Positions 1 through 7,878 of a stretch of DNA of 44,572 bases are shown one piece after another. Numbering within the stretch: position 1 is the stretch's first letter; every line of letters begins with the position of its first letter. The translations under genes were made by a program, and so were the position numbers. Location of the stretch: NCBI GenBank assembly GCA_028278005.1, contig JANQFD010000055.1:1-44572 (forward strand). The letters run 5' to 3'. The DNA comes from Chlorobium sp. GTDB taxonomy: Bacteria > Bacteroidota > Chlorobiia > Chlorobiales > Chlorobiaceae. The notes under the pieces were generated by a model. That model searched no databases. It was not told the origin of the DNA and saw nothing but the letters and a program-made list of their open reading frames with translations.

Positions 1-755
1 GAAGAAACCATATGCGGAGCGCTGCCGGTTTGCCGTTCTATGCGCTCACCGATTCCAAGAATGTTTTCACGGTTTGTTATGTTTGCTTGCCAGAAACTCT
101 GCGGAGTACCGATGTCCTGCCAGAATCCCTCATGACGGACATAACCCAGGCTTTCATGCACGATAAGTCCTGTGAAACCTGTATCGACGATGCTTGAAAA
201 ATCGGGGGAGAGGTATCGGAAAATCGACGGGTTGAGCACAGCCGCTCCTGCGTAGATATAGTTTGAACGAAGCCCGGTCTTCCGCATGTTTCTGAAATCG
301 TGCACGCTGTCTCCCTGAATGCCTATATCGCCGATTGATTCCGCCTCGGGTGTTTCAAACAGCATCAGCGTTCCCGAGTTCAAGGTGTTGTTGTGATGGT
401 CGATAAAGGATTGCAGATTGAAGTCAGCAATGATATCGCTGTTGATAAGGACAAAGGGTTCGTTTTCAAGCATTTTTTCACAACGCTTGAGGCCGCCTCC
501 CGTGCCGAGAATAGCGGTTTCCTCGGAAATATGAATGTCCATCCCGAAATTGTCGTTGTCCCTGAAAAAACGCCGGATACGATCGGCGTGATAATGAACG
601 TTGCATATTACCGTGTTTATTCCCGTTTCTTTGAGAAGGGCGATGGTATAACAGATGGAAGGCAGGTTTAAAATCCTTATGAGAGGCTTTGGAGTAAAGC
701 CGGATATCGGTTTCAGACGGGATCCGAATCCTGCCGCAAGAATAAATGCTTTCAT
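1..755 (-). CDS. Nucleotidyltransferase (MurU / sugar-1-phosphate nucleotidyltransferase family), 3' end runs off the window
   Basis: Not in the ORF track. Reverse translation from ATG at 755 gives MKAFILAAGFGSRLKPISGFTPKPLI, then LGTGGG, INSDI and WQDIGT, all NTP-transferase motifs. Lies 2 bp after the kinase stop. Confidence 0.9.
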   Translation of the reverse strand, partial: MKAFILAAGFGSRLKPISGFTPKPLIRILNLPSICYTIALLKETGINTVICNVHYHADRIRRFFRDNDNFGMDIHISEETAILGTGGGLKRCEKMLENEPFVLINSDIIADFNLQSFIDHHNNTLNSGTLMLFETPEAESIGDIGIQGDSVHDFRNMRKTGLRSNYIYAGAAVLNPSIFRYLSPDFSSIVDTGFTGLIVHESLGYVRHEGFWQDIGTPQSFWQANITNRENILGIGERIERQTGSAPHMVS

Positions 756-757
756 GG

Positions 758-1756
758 TTAAGGCCCCGACAGAGTGTTCAGTATGATTTCACCTGCCGTT
801 GCAAGCTCTTTACGTCTGCTCATATACCCGGGAATGTAAGCAAGTGTAGAGGGTATGTACTGTTCGAACTGTTTCCTGCCAAGATAGTATGTCTGATTGA
901 AGAACGTTCCCAGAGCCTTGACATTTCTCTGGAATGCCATGATATCAAACAAATACAGATATTCGTCATAGGACATCGTCGTACGTTTTTTTTCACGAAG
1001 CAGATGATAGTGGTAATGCTGCATCTCTGAAAAAAAGCTCTCGTCGAGAGTGACGTAGGAATCTCTCAAAAGAGACACGGCGTCGTATTGGGGAAGCCCC
1101 ATTCGTGCGTCCTGGAAATCGATAATGACCGGATTTCCGTTCATGACAAGGATGTTTCTGCTGTGATAATCGCGGTGGTTAAGGACGAAGTGTTCCTCCT
1201 GGAGCAGGAGTTGCGTTATGGCCCGGAATTCCCGGAGCAGTATCCCGGACGTTTTTTCCGTTAAGCCGCCTGAGGCTTTATGTCGTAAAGCATGTTCGAG
1301 GAAAAAGGTGAATTCGAACATCAGTTTTGATTCATCGAACGATCTGTTAAACGGCAGATGCTTGCTGTCACCTTGTATGGACTGAATGGCCACCATGATA
1401 TCGATGGTCTTTCTGTACAAACGTGCGGCACTTTTTCCGTCATGTGACAGTGTGTCCTGCAAGATGGTATCTCCGCAATCTTCAAGAAGGAACAACCCTT
1501 TTTGCCTGTTGCTTCCCATGATTGCAGGAACCGGTACCGAGCTCGTAGAAAGAAGCTGCTGTACGACAAGAAAGGGGTATTGATCGGCCGGACAAGCGGT
1601 GAAATCTTTGTCGATGCAGAGGATCCAGCTCTTGTCCCGCGACAGTATCCTGTAGTATGTTCTCGATGAGGCTTCTCCCGCAATCGGTTCAATATGTAGT
1701 GCCGATAGTTCCGGATCAGAAAAAAAGAAACAAAGGTAATCTTGCGGGGAGGTCAT
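758..1756 (-). CDS. amgK: Aminoglycoside-phosphotransferase-family kinase, AmgK-like anomeric MurNAc/GlcNAc kinase
   Basis: GEASSRTYYR, HRDYHSRNIL and IDFQDA motifs; directly upstream of a nucleotidyltransferase, as in amgK-murU operons. Confidence 0.75.
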   Translation of the reverse strand: MTSPQDYLCFFFSDPELSALHIEPIAGEASSRTYYRILSRDKSWILCIDKDFTACPADQYPFLVVQQLLSTSSVPVPAIMGSNRQKGLFLLEDCGDTILQDTLSHDGKSAARLYRKTIDIMVAIQSIQGDSKHLPFNRSFDESKLMFEFTFFLEHALRHKASGGLTEKTSGILLREFRAITQLLLQEEHFVLNHRDYHSRNILVMNGNPVIIDFQDARMGLPQYDAVSLLRDSYVTLDESFFSEMQHYHYHLLREKKRTTMSYDEYLYLFDIMAFQRNVKALGTFFNQTYYLGRKQFEQYIPSTLAYIPGYMSRRKELATAGEIILNTLSGP

Positions 1757-1779
1757 GAGGCTGCAGAATCTGCTGAAAT

Positions 1780-1816
1780 AAAAAAAAGCACCTTATGCGG
1801 TGAAGCATAAGGTGCT
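1780..1816 (-). terminator. Rho-independent terminator of csmB
   Basis: Perfect 12-bp stem AGCACCTTATGC-ggtgaa-GCATAAGGTGCT preceded by an A run (U-tail on minus strand). Confidence 0.85.
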
Positions 1817-1837
1817 GCGTGTCCTGGTAAATAGCGC

Positions 1838-2068
1838 TTACTTGGAGCCGCCGCCGATTGTTGATGAGACATTCTGCAGTACCTCGTTAAGGGTATTTGC
1901 CATGTTGCCCATCATATCCGTCATGGTTTTGCCGAGAGGGCCGACCATATCGGATACAGTTTTGAGGCCATTGTTGACAACTTCGATCTGCTGCTGACCG
2001 AGTTTTGCAACAGTTTCAACAAGACCTGAGATTGCACCTGCTAAGTCGTTGCTTGATCCGTTTGACAT
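1838..2068 (-). CDS. csmB: Chlorosome envelope protein B (CsmB/CsmF family)
   Basis: 76 aa from ATG 2068, MSNGSSNDLAGAISGLVETVAKLGQQQIEVVNNGLK...VLQNVSSTIG, resembling CsmB as recalled; strong terminator downstream. Confidence 0.88.
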   Translation of the reverse strand: MSNGSSNDLAGAISGLVETVAKLGQQQIEVVNNGLKTVSDMVGPLGKTMTDMMGNMANTLNEVLQNVSSTIGGGSK

Positions 2069-2228
2069 GATGTGTGATGTTTTGAGTTGATTAAGAAGGA
2101 ACGAGAAATAATTGGTTTTTCCTCTTTTGTCCGCAGGCGTCATTGTTAAGACTGAATGACGGCAAAAGATTATTTTTCAAAAATTAAAACATTTTCAAAA
2201 GTTACGCAAATACAAAATCCGGTGTTTG

Positions 2229-2363
2229 TTACTCAGTGGTTTTGTCGGGTGTTTTATGCTTACCGATAAATTTGTTGAGCAGCATGACAATAAATATTCC
2301 TGAGACGAAAAACACCGCAGGAGCAATGATTGTTGTATACTCGGCTATAAATTCCATGATCAT
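2229..2363 (-). CDS. Putative 44-aa single-pass membrane protein
   Basis: Below the ORF-track cutoff. MIMEFIAEYTTIIAPAVFFVSGIFIVMLLNKFIGKHKTPDKTTE*: hydrophobic helix plus basic tail; starts 8 bp after the bchQ stop. Confidence 0.55.
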   Translation of the reverse strand: MIMEFIAEYTTIIAPAVFFVSGIFIVMLLNKFIGKHKTPDKTTE

Positions 2364-2371
2364 GATACGGA

Positions 2372-3787
2372 TTAGTAAAGGTTCAGTTTGTTTGAGCGCT
2401 TCAGGCTGTGTTCATTTTCGAAAGTCTCCAGCAGCTCCTGGATGTTTTTTCTGAATGCAAAGCTTGTAACGAAGTTCATGAGCGGGTGAGGGTTGTGCGT
2501 GATCCTGTTGAGAATGTTTTTCCAGGAGTATGCCCGATAGTAGGTCTTCATGAACTTGTACTGGAATTCAACCGCGTCGTAATGCGGCGAACGGATCACG
2601 ACGTTTATCGCATTGTACTTTTCCCAGTCCTCGTCGGTAATCAGTCCTTTTTCCTTGTACTCATTGTACATGCTTGTACCCGGATAGGGAGTGATGATCT
2701 GCATGATGGGCATGAAAATGTTGTTCTTGCTGATGAACGCGACAAGGTCATCCATATCCTCGAAACTGTCGAGGTTAGGATTGATCAGAAAGTTGCCCTG
2801 AACACTGAGCCCGGCTTTTCTGCAGCGGTCTATGGTTTCGATGATCTTTTCGGGGGAGGTAACGTGCGATTTGTTGTATGCCTCGAGGTTGCTTTTCTTG
2901 ATCGACTCTATGCCGACAAGCGCCATGAAACAGCCAGCCTCAACGAGTTTTTTTACCGTTTCTTCATCTTCAAGGAAATTCATGCTTAAAAAAACGCTGA
3001 ACATGATATCGCATTCCTTGATCATGTCAAGTGCTTCCCAAAGGCGTTTTTTGTTTACCCCGAGATTCTCGTCGCATAACATGAACCAGGGCTTGGAAGA
3101 GGTGCCGTTTTTCTTGAAAAACGCTTCTTTGGCGGCTTCAATCTGTTCTTTGAGGTCTTCGGGTTTCTGTCTCCTGTACAGTTTGCCGGTAAAGTTAGGC
3201 GTGACACAGAACGAACAGCTGAAAGGACAGCCGCGGGTTATATAGATGGGGATGGATTTTGTGGTATCGACTTTATCCCTGAGGGATGCTTCTGCAATTC
3301 TTTTGTAATCGAGCGGGACGATTTCTTTGACCGCTGGAAAATCCTTTGCGTTGTATCGTGGCTGAAGGCGATTGTTGGCGGCATCTTCCAAAACCTTGCC
3401 CCACATGTTTTCGGCTTCGCCGCAGACGATTGTGTCGGCGTGTTGTGCAGCCTCTTCAGGATTGAACGAGGTATGGATGCCGCCGAGAATAACCGTTTTG
3501 CCTTTTTTCCTGAAATTATCGCCTATTTCATAGGCGCGTGTTGCATCAATCGTTCGCGCAGTTACGCCTACAAGGTCATAGTCGCCATCATAATCGATCG
3601 TGTCTCCGAAATGCTCGTCAATAATTTCAACATGGTGTTCGGGCGGGGTAAGGCTTACCAGAACACCGAGAGCCATGTGGAAAAGCGGCTTCTGGTTGGA
3701 TTTTGAATCCTTTTTTCCTTTCGGTGCTACCAACAGGATTCTGAGGGGTTTTACTGCTGTATCCTTGGTGCCTGCTGAGGTATACAT
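2372..3787 (-). CDS. bchQ: Bacteriochlorophyllide C-8(2) methyltransferase, B12-dependent radical SAM
   Basis: B12-binding N-domain, [10 protein letters not shown] radical SAM motif, [14 protein letters not shown] signature recalled from BchQ; divergent from bchV. Confidence 0.85.
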   Translation of the reverse strand: MYTSAGTKDTAVKPLRILLVAPKGKKDSKSNQKPLFHMALGVLVSLTPPEHHVEIIDEHFGDTIDYDGDYDLVGVTARTIDATRAYEIGDNFRKKGKTVILGGIHTSFNPEEAAQHADTIVCGEAENMWGKVLEDAANNRLQPRYNAKDFPAVKEIVPLDYKRIAEASLRDKVDTTKSIPIYITRGCPFSCSFCVTPNFTGKLYRRQKPEDLKEQIEAAKEAFFKKNGTSSKPWFMLCDENLGVNKKRLWEALDMIKECDIMFSVFLSMNFLEDEETVKKLVEAGCFMALVGIESIKKSNLEAYNKSHVTSPEKIIETIDRCRKAGLSVQGNFLINPNLDSFEDMDDLVAFISKNNIFMPIMQIITPYPGTSMYNEYKEKGLITDEDWEKYNAINVVIRSPHYDAVEFQYKFMKTYYRAYSWKNILNRITHNPHPLMNFVTSFAFRKNIQELLETFENEHSLKRSNKLNLY

Positions 3788-4130
3788 ATTGACTTGAAAA
3801 AAAACAGAGTTATCGCTTTGCGTATTAGTCGAGTATAAATATGTTCCTTGTGTGGTTGATCATAGTGCCGAACAGAAACGACCTGCTTGTAACAGGAATT
3901 GTTAGACCTGTATTATAGCAAAAACGGAAGGATAAAAACAATGTTTCGCCGGAGATTTACGGAGTGACGGGAGACATGTTCCTGAACGGTTTTCCTGTTA
4001 TCCGCCATGGCAATGTTTTTCCTGGTCTCATTTTTTTTGCGTATATATTCAGGCTTCTATCATCAAACTGCCGACTGACGGCGGTTTTTACTGGAGGCTT
4101 AACATAACGGTAAGAAAAGGTTTACGGATC

Positions 4131-4604
4131 ATGCCCCGCTATACTCCCGAGCAGCTTGAAAAACGCAATGCCTCCGTCTGGACGGATATTCAACTGATTC
4201 TTGCACCGGTACAGTTTATAGTTTTTCTGACGGGCGTTGTCGTAACCTTACTGTATGCTCAGAATGACCAGATTTTCAGCTTTTACTGGGTAAGTCTTGC
4301 CATTTTGTTCAAAACCCTGCTTTTCGGGCTGCTGCTGATAACCGGTTCCTATTTTGAAAAGGAGATTTTTAACAAGTGGATTTACGGGAAGGAGTTTCTC
4401 TGGGAGGATGTCGGCAGTACGGTGGCGGCTTTTTTCCATCTCCTCTACTTCGTTATGGCCTACTTGGGCTATCCTGAAGATGTATTGATCTGGGAGGCTC
4501 TGCTTGCATATTTTACCTATGTCGTTAACGCTCTGCAGTATCTTGCCAGAATAATACTTGAGAAAGTCAACGAACGCCGTTTGAAAGCAGGCGGCGTTAT
4601 ATAG
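4131..4604 (+). CDS. bchV: 3-vinyl bacteriochlorophyllide hydratase (BchF/BchV family, BchV-like)
   Basis: [24 protein letters not shown] and [20 protein letters not shown]; closer to BchV than BchF as recalled; adjacent to bchQ. Confidence 0.82.
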   Translation: MPRYTPEQLEKRNASVWTDIQLILAPVQFIVFLTGVVVTLLYAQNDQIFSFYWVSLAILFKTLLFGLLLITGSYFEKEIFNKWIYGKEFLWEDVGSTVAAFFHLLYFVMAYLGYPEDVLIWEALLAYFTYVVNALQYLARIILEKVNERRLKAGGVI

Positions 4605-4656
4605 GCCGAATATTTCGGTCCGGTACATTCATTCACTTGTTTCAGAAAGGGCTACT

Positions 4657-4875
4657 ATGCTGAATGGCACATTTAAGGGGTTGTGGAACAAAGCGGTGCT
4701 TTTCATGGGGATTTTGTGGGCAGCGCTTGTGTTCATGATATGGGAGTCCGGTCAGCTTGTGACGTCGTTTGACCGCCAGATTTTTCTTGCTGTGGTTGTC
4801 ATCGGTTTTCTTATCATCTACGTTTCAGGGTTTTATGTCGAGGCACGCCACAGGAAAAAGAGGGCAGAAGGCTGA
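4657..4875 (+). CDS. Small hypothetical membrane protein (2 TM helices)
   Basis: 72 aa with two hydrophobic segments and a basic C-terminus; AAAGGG upstream; follows bchV on the same strand. Confidence 0.7.
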   Translation: MLNGTFKGLWNKAVLFMGILWAALVFMIWESGQLVTSFDRQIFLAVVVIGFLIIYVSGFYVEARHRKKRAEG

Positions 4876-4922
4876 GCGACTGCCCACTCGTTTTTTCTTT
4901 ATTGTTTGATCCCTTCCTGTAA

Positions 4923-5546
4923 CTACCTCGATCCCCCTTCGGCAGCTATCGCGGCATCGGTACAGCAAATATCGGATTGCACCTTGCAAAGCATGCTTTC
5001 GGTTGCCTGTTTCATGATTTGCGACATAACGGTCTCGGTCAGGAATTTAAGCACTACTTCCGGCATCATGTTTAACGGAAACGGTACTGAAAAGTCCAGG
5101 GTGATGCTGGTATCATAATGCACCGATGTTTTGTCATCCGTGTGGTGCAGCAGGCAGATTTCAGCTCCGGCTGTTCCTATAAAGGTATTTTCGCTGGTGA
5201 TGTTTACTTCCGGGATCTCTTCAGCGGCGCTCCAGCGAATCAGCTTCCCTCCCCTGTTTTTATCGATCTCGATATTGCCTGAGCTGATGTATTGTTCAAG
5301 AAGCTCGCTCTCCGGGTGGAGGTGCTCCAGATCCTGCTTGACAAAGAACAAGGCAATTATAGGGTGGTTTCGCGGATCATCCGCCATGAATGTCCATTGA
5401 TATATATCCCTGTCAGGGAGATACTCTATGTTTTTACAGTAGGGATTGCATTTAAGTATTCGAAGGTGGTCTGAAAAATAATCTGCCGATTCCTGTAGAC
5501 AGGAATCAAGTATGACGTGCGCTTTGCTTTTTCCGATAACTTCCAT
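4923..5546 (-). CDS. Hypothetical protein, DUF1997 / SRPBCC(START)-like fold suspected
   Basis: 207-aa ORF; C-terminal pattern (ITLDFSVPFPLNMMPEVVLKFLTETVMSQIM) typical of helix-grip proteins. Confidence 0.55.
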   Translation of the reverse strand: MEVIGKSKAHVILDSCLQESADYFSDHLRILKCNPYCKNIEYLPDRDIYQWTFMADDPRNHPIIALFFVKQDLEHLHPESELLEQYISSGNIEIDKNRGGKLIRWSAAEEIPEVNITSENTFIGTAGAEICLLHHTDDKTSVHYDTSITLDFSVPFPLNMMPEVVLKFLTETVMSQIMKQATESMLCKVQSDICCTDAAIAAEGGSR

Positions 5547-5752
5547 GGTAACATTACATTGATCAGTGGCTTTATTTTGCTTCTGTGAATCGTAGGTTTT
5601 TTGCTGCTGTTCAACTGAAAATTGAGTAACGCTTTCCGCCCTTCAACAGTTCCGGGGCTTATACTGTCCCTGTTCCGCATGGTATCCCTTCAGGGACCGG
5701 ACAACCGCCCGGTTACTTTTTTTTGTAAAGATAGAAAATAAAATGTATGTTT

Positions 5753-5777
5753 TATACCTATACGGGGTATGGGTATA
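5753..5777. promoter_or_regulatory. CsoR/RcnR/CstR-type operator
   Basis: TATACCTATAC-GGG-GTATGGGTATA: 11-bp inverted repeat (1 mismatch) around a G tract, 40 bp upstream of a CsoR-family gene. Confidence 0.8.
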
Positions 5778-5817
5778 TGGTCTTGACTTGCAATATAGAA
5801 TATTCGGGGAAAAGAGT

Positions 5818-6048
5818 ATGAGTGATGTTGTCACAAGATTGAAAAAGGTAAACGGGCAAATTCAGGGGCTTATCAGGATGATAGAGCAGCGTGAGCATTG
5901 TGAAAAAGTTATTGTTCAGTTTCAGGCGGCCAAAGCAGCTCTGGATAAGACATATTCGCTCGTTTTGAACAATAATCTGAAAGAGTGTTTGAGCGAACGT
6001 GATTCGGAGAACATGGAGAAAATTCTGAAGCTGATATCGAAAAAATGA
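5818..6048 (+). CDS. CsoR/RcnR-family repressor, CstR-like
   Basis: MSDVVTRLKKVNGQIQGLIRMIEQREHCEKVIVQFQAAKAAL...NNLKECL; RL..V.GQ..G family motif; ATG 5818 preferred over 5743. Confidence 0.88.
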   Translation: MSDVVTRLKKVNGQIQGLIRMIEQREHCEKVIVQFQAAKAALDKTYSLVLNNNLKECLSERDSENMEKILKLISKK

Positions 6049-7412
6049 GCTGTATGGTTCCTAAACTAAAAACAGTGATACGTGCTATGACGCGTTTAAA
6101 CTACGTTCATGGGTTTATGCTGATGCTGATTCTGTTCATGCCGTTGGGTGCAGGTGCGGAAGAGGTTATGAGGATGACCCTTGAAGATGCGCTGGAAATC
6201 GCAGAAAAAAACAACTATGCGCTAAAAGCAGCAAAGGCAAGGGTTGATCAGGCAGAAGCCCGTTACCTGCAAAGCCGCAAGGCATATCTCCCGAAAGTAA
6301 CGATTTCCGAGACGTTTGTCGCGACGGATGATCCTGCCGCCGTGTTTTCCTACAAGCTCAGACAGGGAAGCATCGCGGCATCGGATTTTGATCCGGCCCT
6401 CTTGAACGACCCGGATGCCGCATCCAATTTCCAGACGGGTATTGAAGTGCAGCAGCCGCTTTTCAACCGGGATGCGATGATCGGCCGAGCCGCTGCATCT
6501 GCAGACAGAAAGTCTCAGGAATATATGCTTGACAGGACGAGCGACGCCATCTCTCTTGAAGTCAAAAGAGCATATTACGGTCTTATTCTTGCCAAAAAGA
6601 ACCTTCTCGCAGTGAATCGCTCCATCACGGCGATGAAAGCGCATGACAATGAAGCAAGGAAGGCGTATCAAAAAGGATTGATAACGAAATCCGACAAACT
6701 TTCGACCGCGGTAAGGCTGTCAGAGCTTGCTGAAAGGAAAATGATCATACAGGATGAAATAACCGCGGCGGAGGATGGCTTGCGTTTTCTGCTGGGGCTC
6801 TCGAGCAATGAAGTTATCGAACCTGTGGACGGGCTGAATGTCGCTGCAGTTGTAATACCGGATGAAGAGCCCGAATTGAGAGTGGAAAGAGCCGACCTGA
6901 AGGCGCTCGAAGCGCGTCTGGAGGCGGCAGGATATCAGTATGAGAAGGCGAGAGCCCAGTGGCTGCCGCGGGTTAACGCTTTCATGCAGCAGAACTGGAA
7001 TGACGATGATTTTGCCGGTTTGGTACACCATAACTGGACGCTCGGGGTAAACCTCCAGTGGACCGTTTTTGATGGTTATGCCTCCATCGGCAAGGCCCGG
7101 GAGGCAAAAGCGGGAGAACGGGAGGTTCGCTATGCCTATGAAGAGGCTAAAGAGAAAGGACTGTACGAGATCAGGAAAGCATACCGGATGCTTCGTACCG
7201 CAAAAGCACGAATACGTGTTGCCGAACAGTCGCTTCGGGAAGCGAAGGTCAGTCTTGATTTTATCGGTGAGCGATACCGGTCAGGACTTGCCATGACATT
7301 CGAGCTGCTTGGGAGGGAACAGGCTTATACCTATGCCCAGTTGCGGCTGAACAAGGCAAAATACGACCTTATCATAACGAAGAGCGAACTGGATTATTAC
7401 ATCGGGGGATAA
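6045..7412 (+). CDS. TolC-family outer membrane efflux channel
   Basis: Signal peptide, LEDALEIAEKNN, duplicated YLP/WLP repeats, Y..GL motifs; ATGA overlap with the repressor; true start may be slightly downstream. Confidence 0.9.
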   Translation: MSCMVPKLKTVIRAMTRLNYVHGFMLMLILFMPLGAGAEEVMRMTLEDALEIAEKNNYALKAAKARVDQAEARYLQSRKAYLPKVTISETFVATDDPAAVFSYKLRQGSIAASDFDPALLNDPDAASNFQTGIEVQQPLFNRDAMIGRAAASADRKSQEYMLDRTSDAISLEVKRAYYGLILAKKNLLAVNRSITAMKAHDNEARKAYQKGLITKSDKLSTAVRLSELAERKMIIQDEITAAEDGLRFLLGLSSNEVIEPVDGLNVAAVVIPDEEPELRVERADLKALEARLEAAGYQYEKARAQWLPRVNAFMQQNWNDDDFAGLVHHNWTLGVNLQWTVFDGYASIGKAREAKAGEREVRYAYEEAKEKGLYEIRKAYRMLRTAKARIRVAEQSLREAKVSLDFIGERYRSGLAMTFELLGREQAYTYAQLRLNKAKYDLIITKSELDYYIGG

Positions 7413-7479
7413 CCGAAACATAAACTGAGCGTTTCAGCAATCGCTGAATTCAGGTGAAAGAAACAAAGCATATCGAACC

Positions 7480-7860
7480 ATGAAGCATACAGGATTTGTA
7501 GCATGTATCGGACTTTTCCTTCTGCTTGCCGCTTGCGGGGGAAAGAAGGTTGAAACCGACAGAGAAAGAAAAGATGTCAAAGTGGTGGAAGTGGAGCAGG
7601 TCGAGTCGGTTACAACAGGGACAGCAAGTGACGGACGCACGGTTTTGCTGATTCCTTCTTCCGCTCTTTTCATGCGCGGGCAGCTTGAAGGTGTTCAGGT
7701 TGTCGGAGATGAAGGTACTGTTTCCTTCAGGTGGATAAGAACCGGTAATGTTTCGGGTGAAGAGATCGAGGTTCTCAGCGGACTTGGAGAGGGTGAAATG
7801 GTGGTGGCCCCCTACGTAAGGGGGATTCAGGAAGGGTATCAGGTAACAGTCAAGCAGTAA
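7480..7860 (+). CDS. Very short RND periplasmic adaptor-like lipoprotein (membrane-proximal domain only)
   Basis: Lipobox LAAC; LLIPSSAL...IRTG...IEVLSGLGEGEMVV matches the adaptor C-terminal domain; sits between tolC and the RND gene. Confidence 0.75.
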   Translation: MKHTGFVACIGLFLLLAACGGKKVETDRERKDVKVVEVEQVESVTTGTASDGRTVLLIPSSALFMRGQLEGVQVVGDEGTVSFRWIRTGNVSGEEIEVLSGLGEGEMVVAPYVRGIQEGYQVTVKQ

Positions 7861-7878
7861 ACAGGGAGGATTTTGTCG

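Noticed and set aside
5743-5817. Extended N-terminus of the repressor in the ORF track
   Set aside because: Runs through the operator; family homology begins at ATG 5818.
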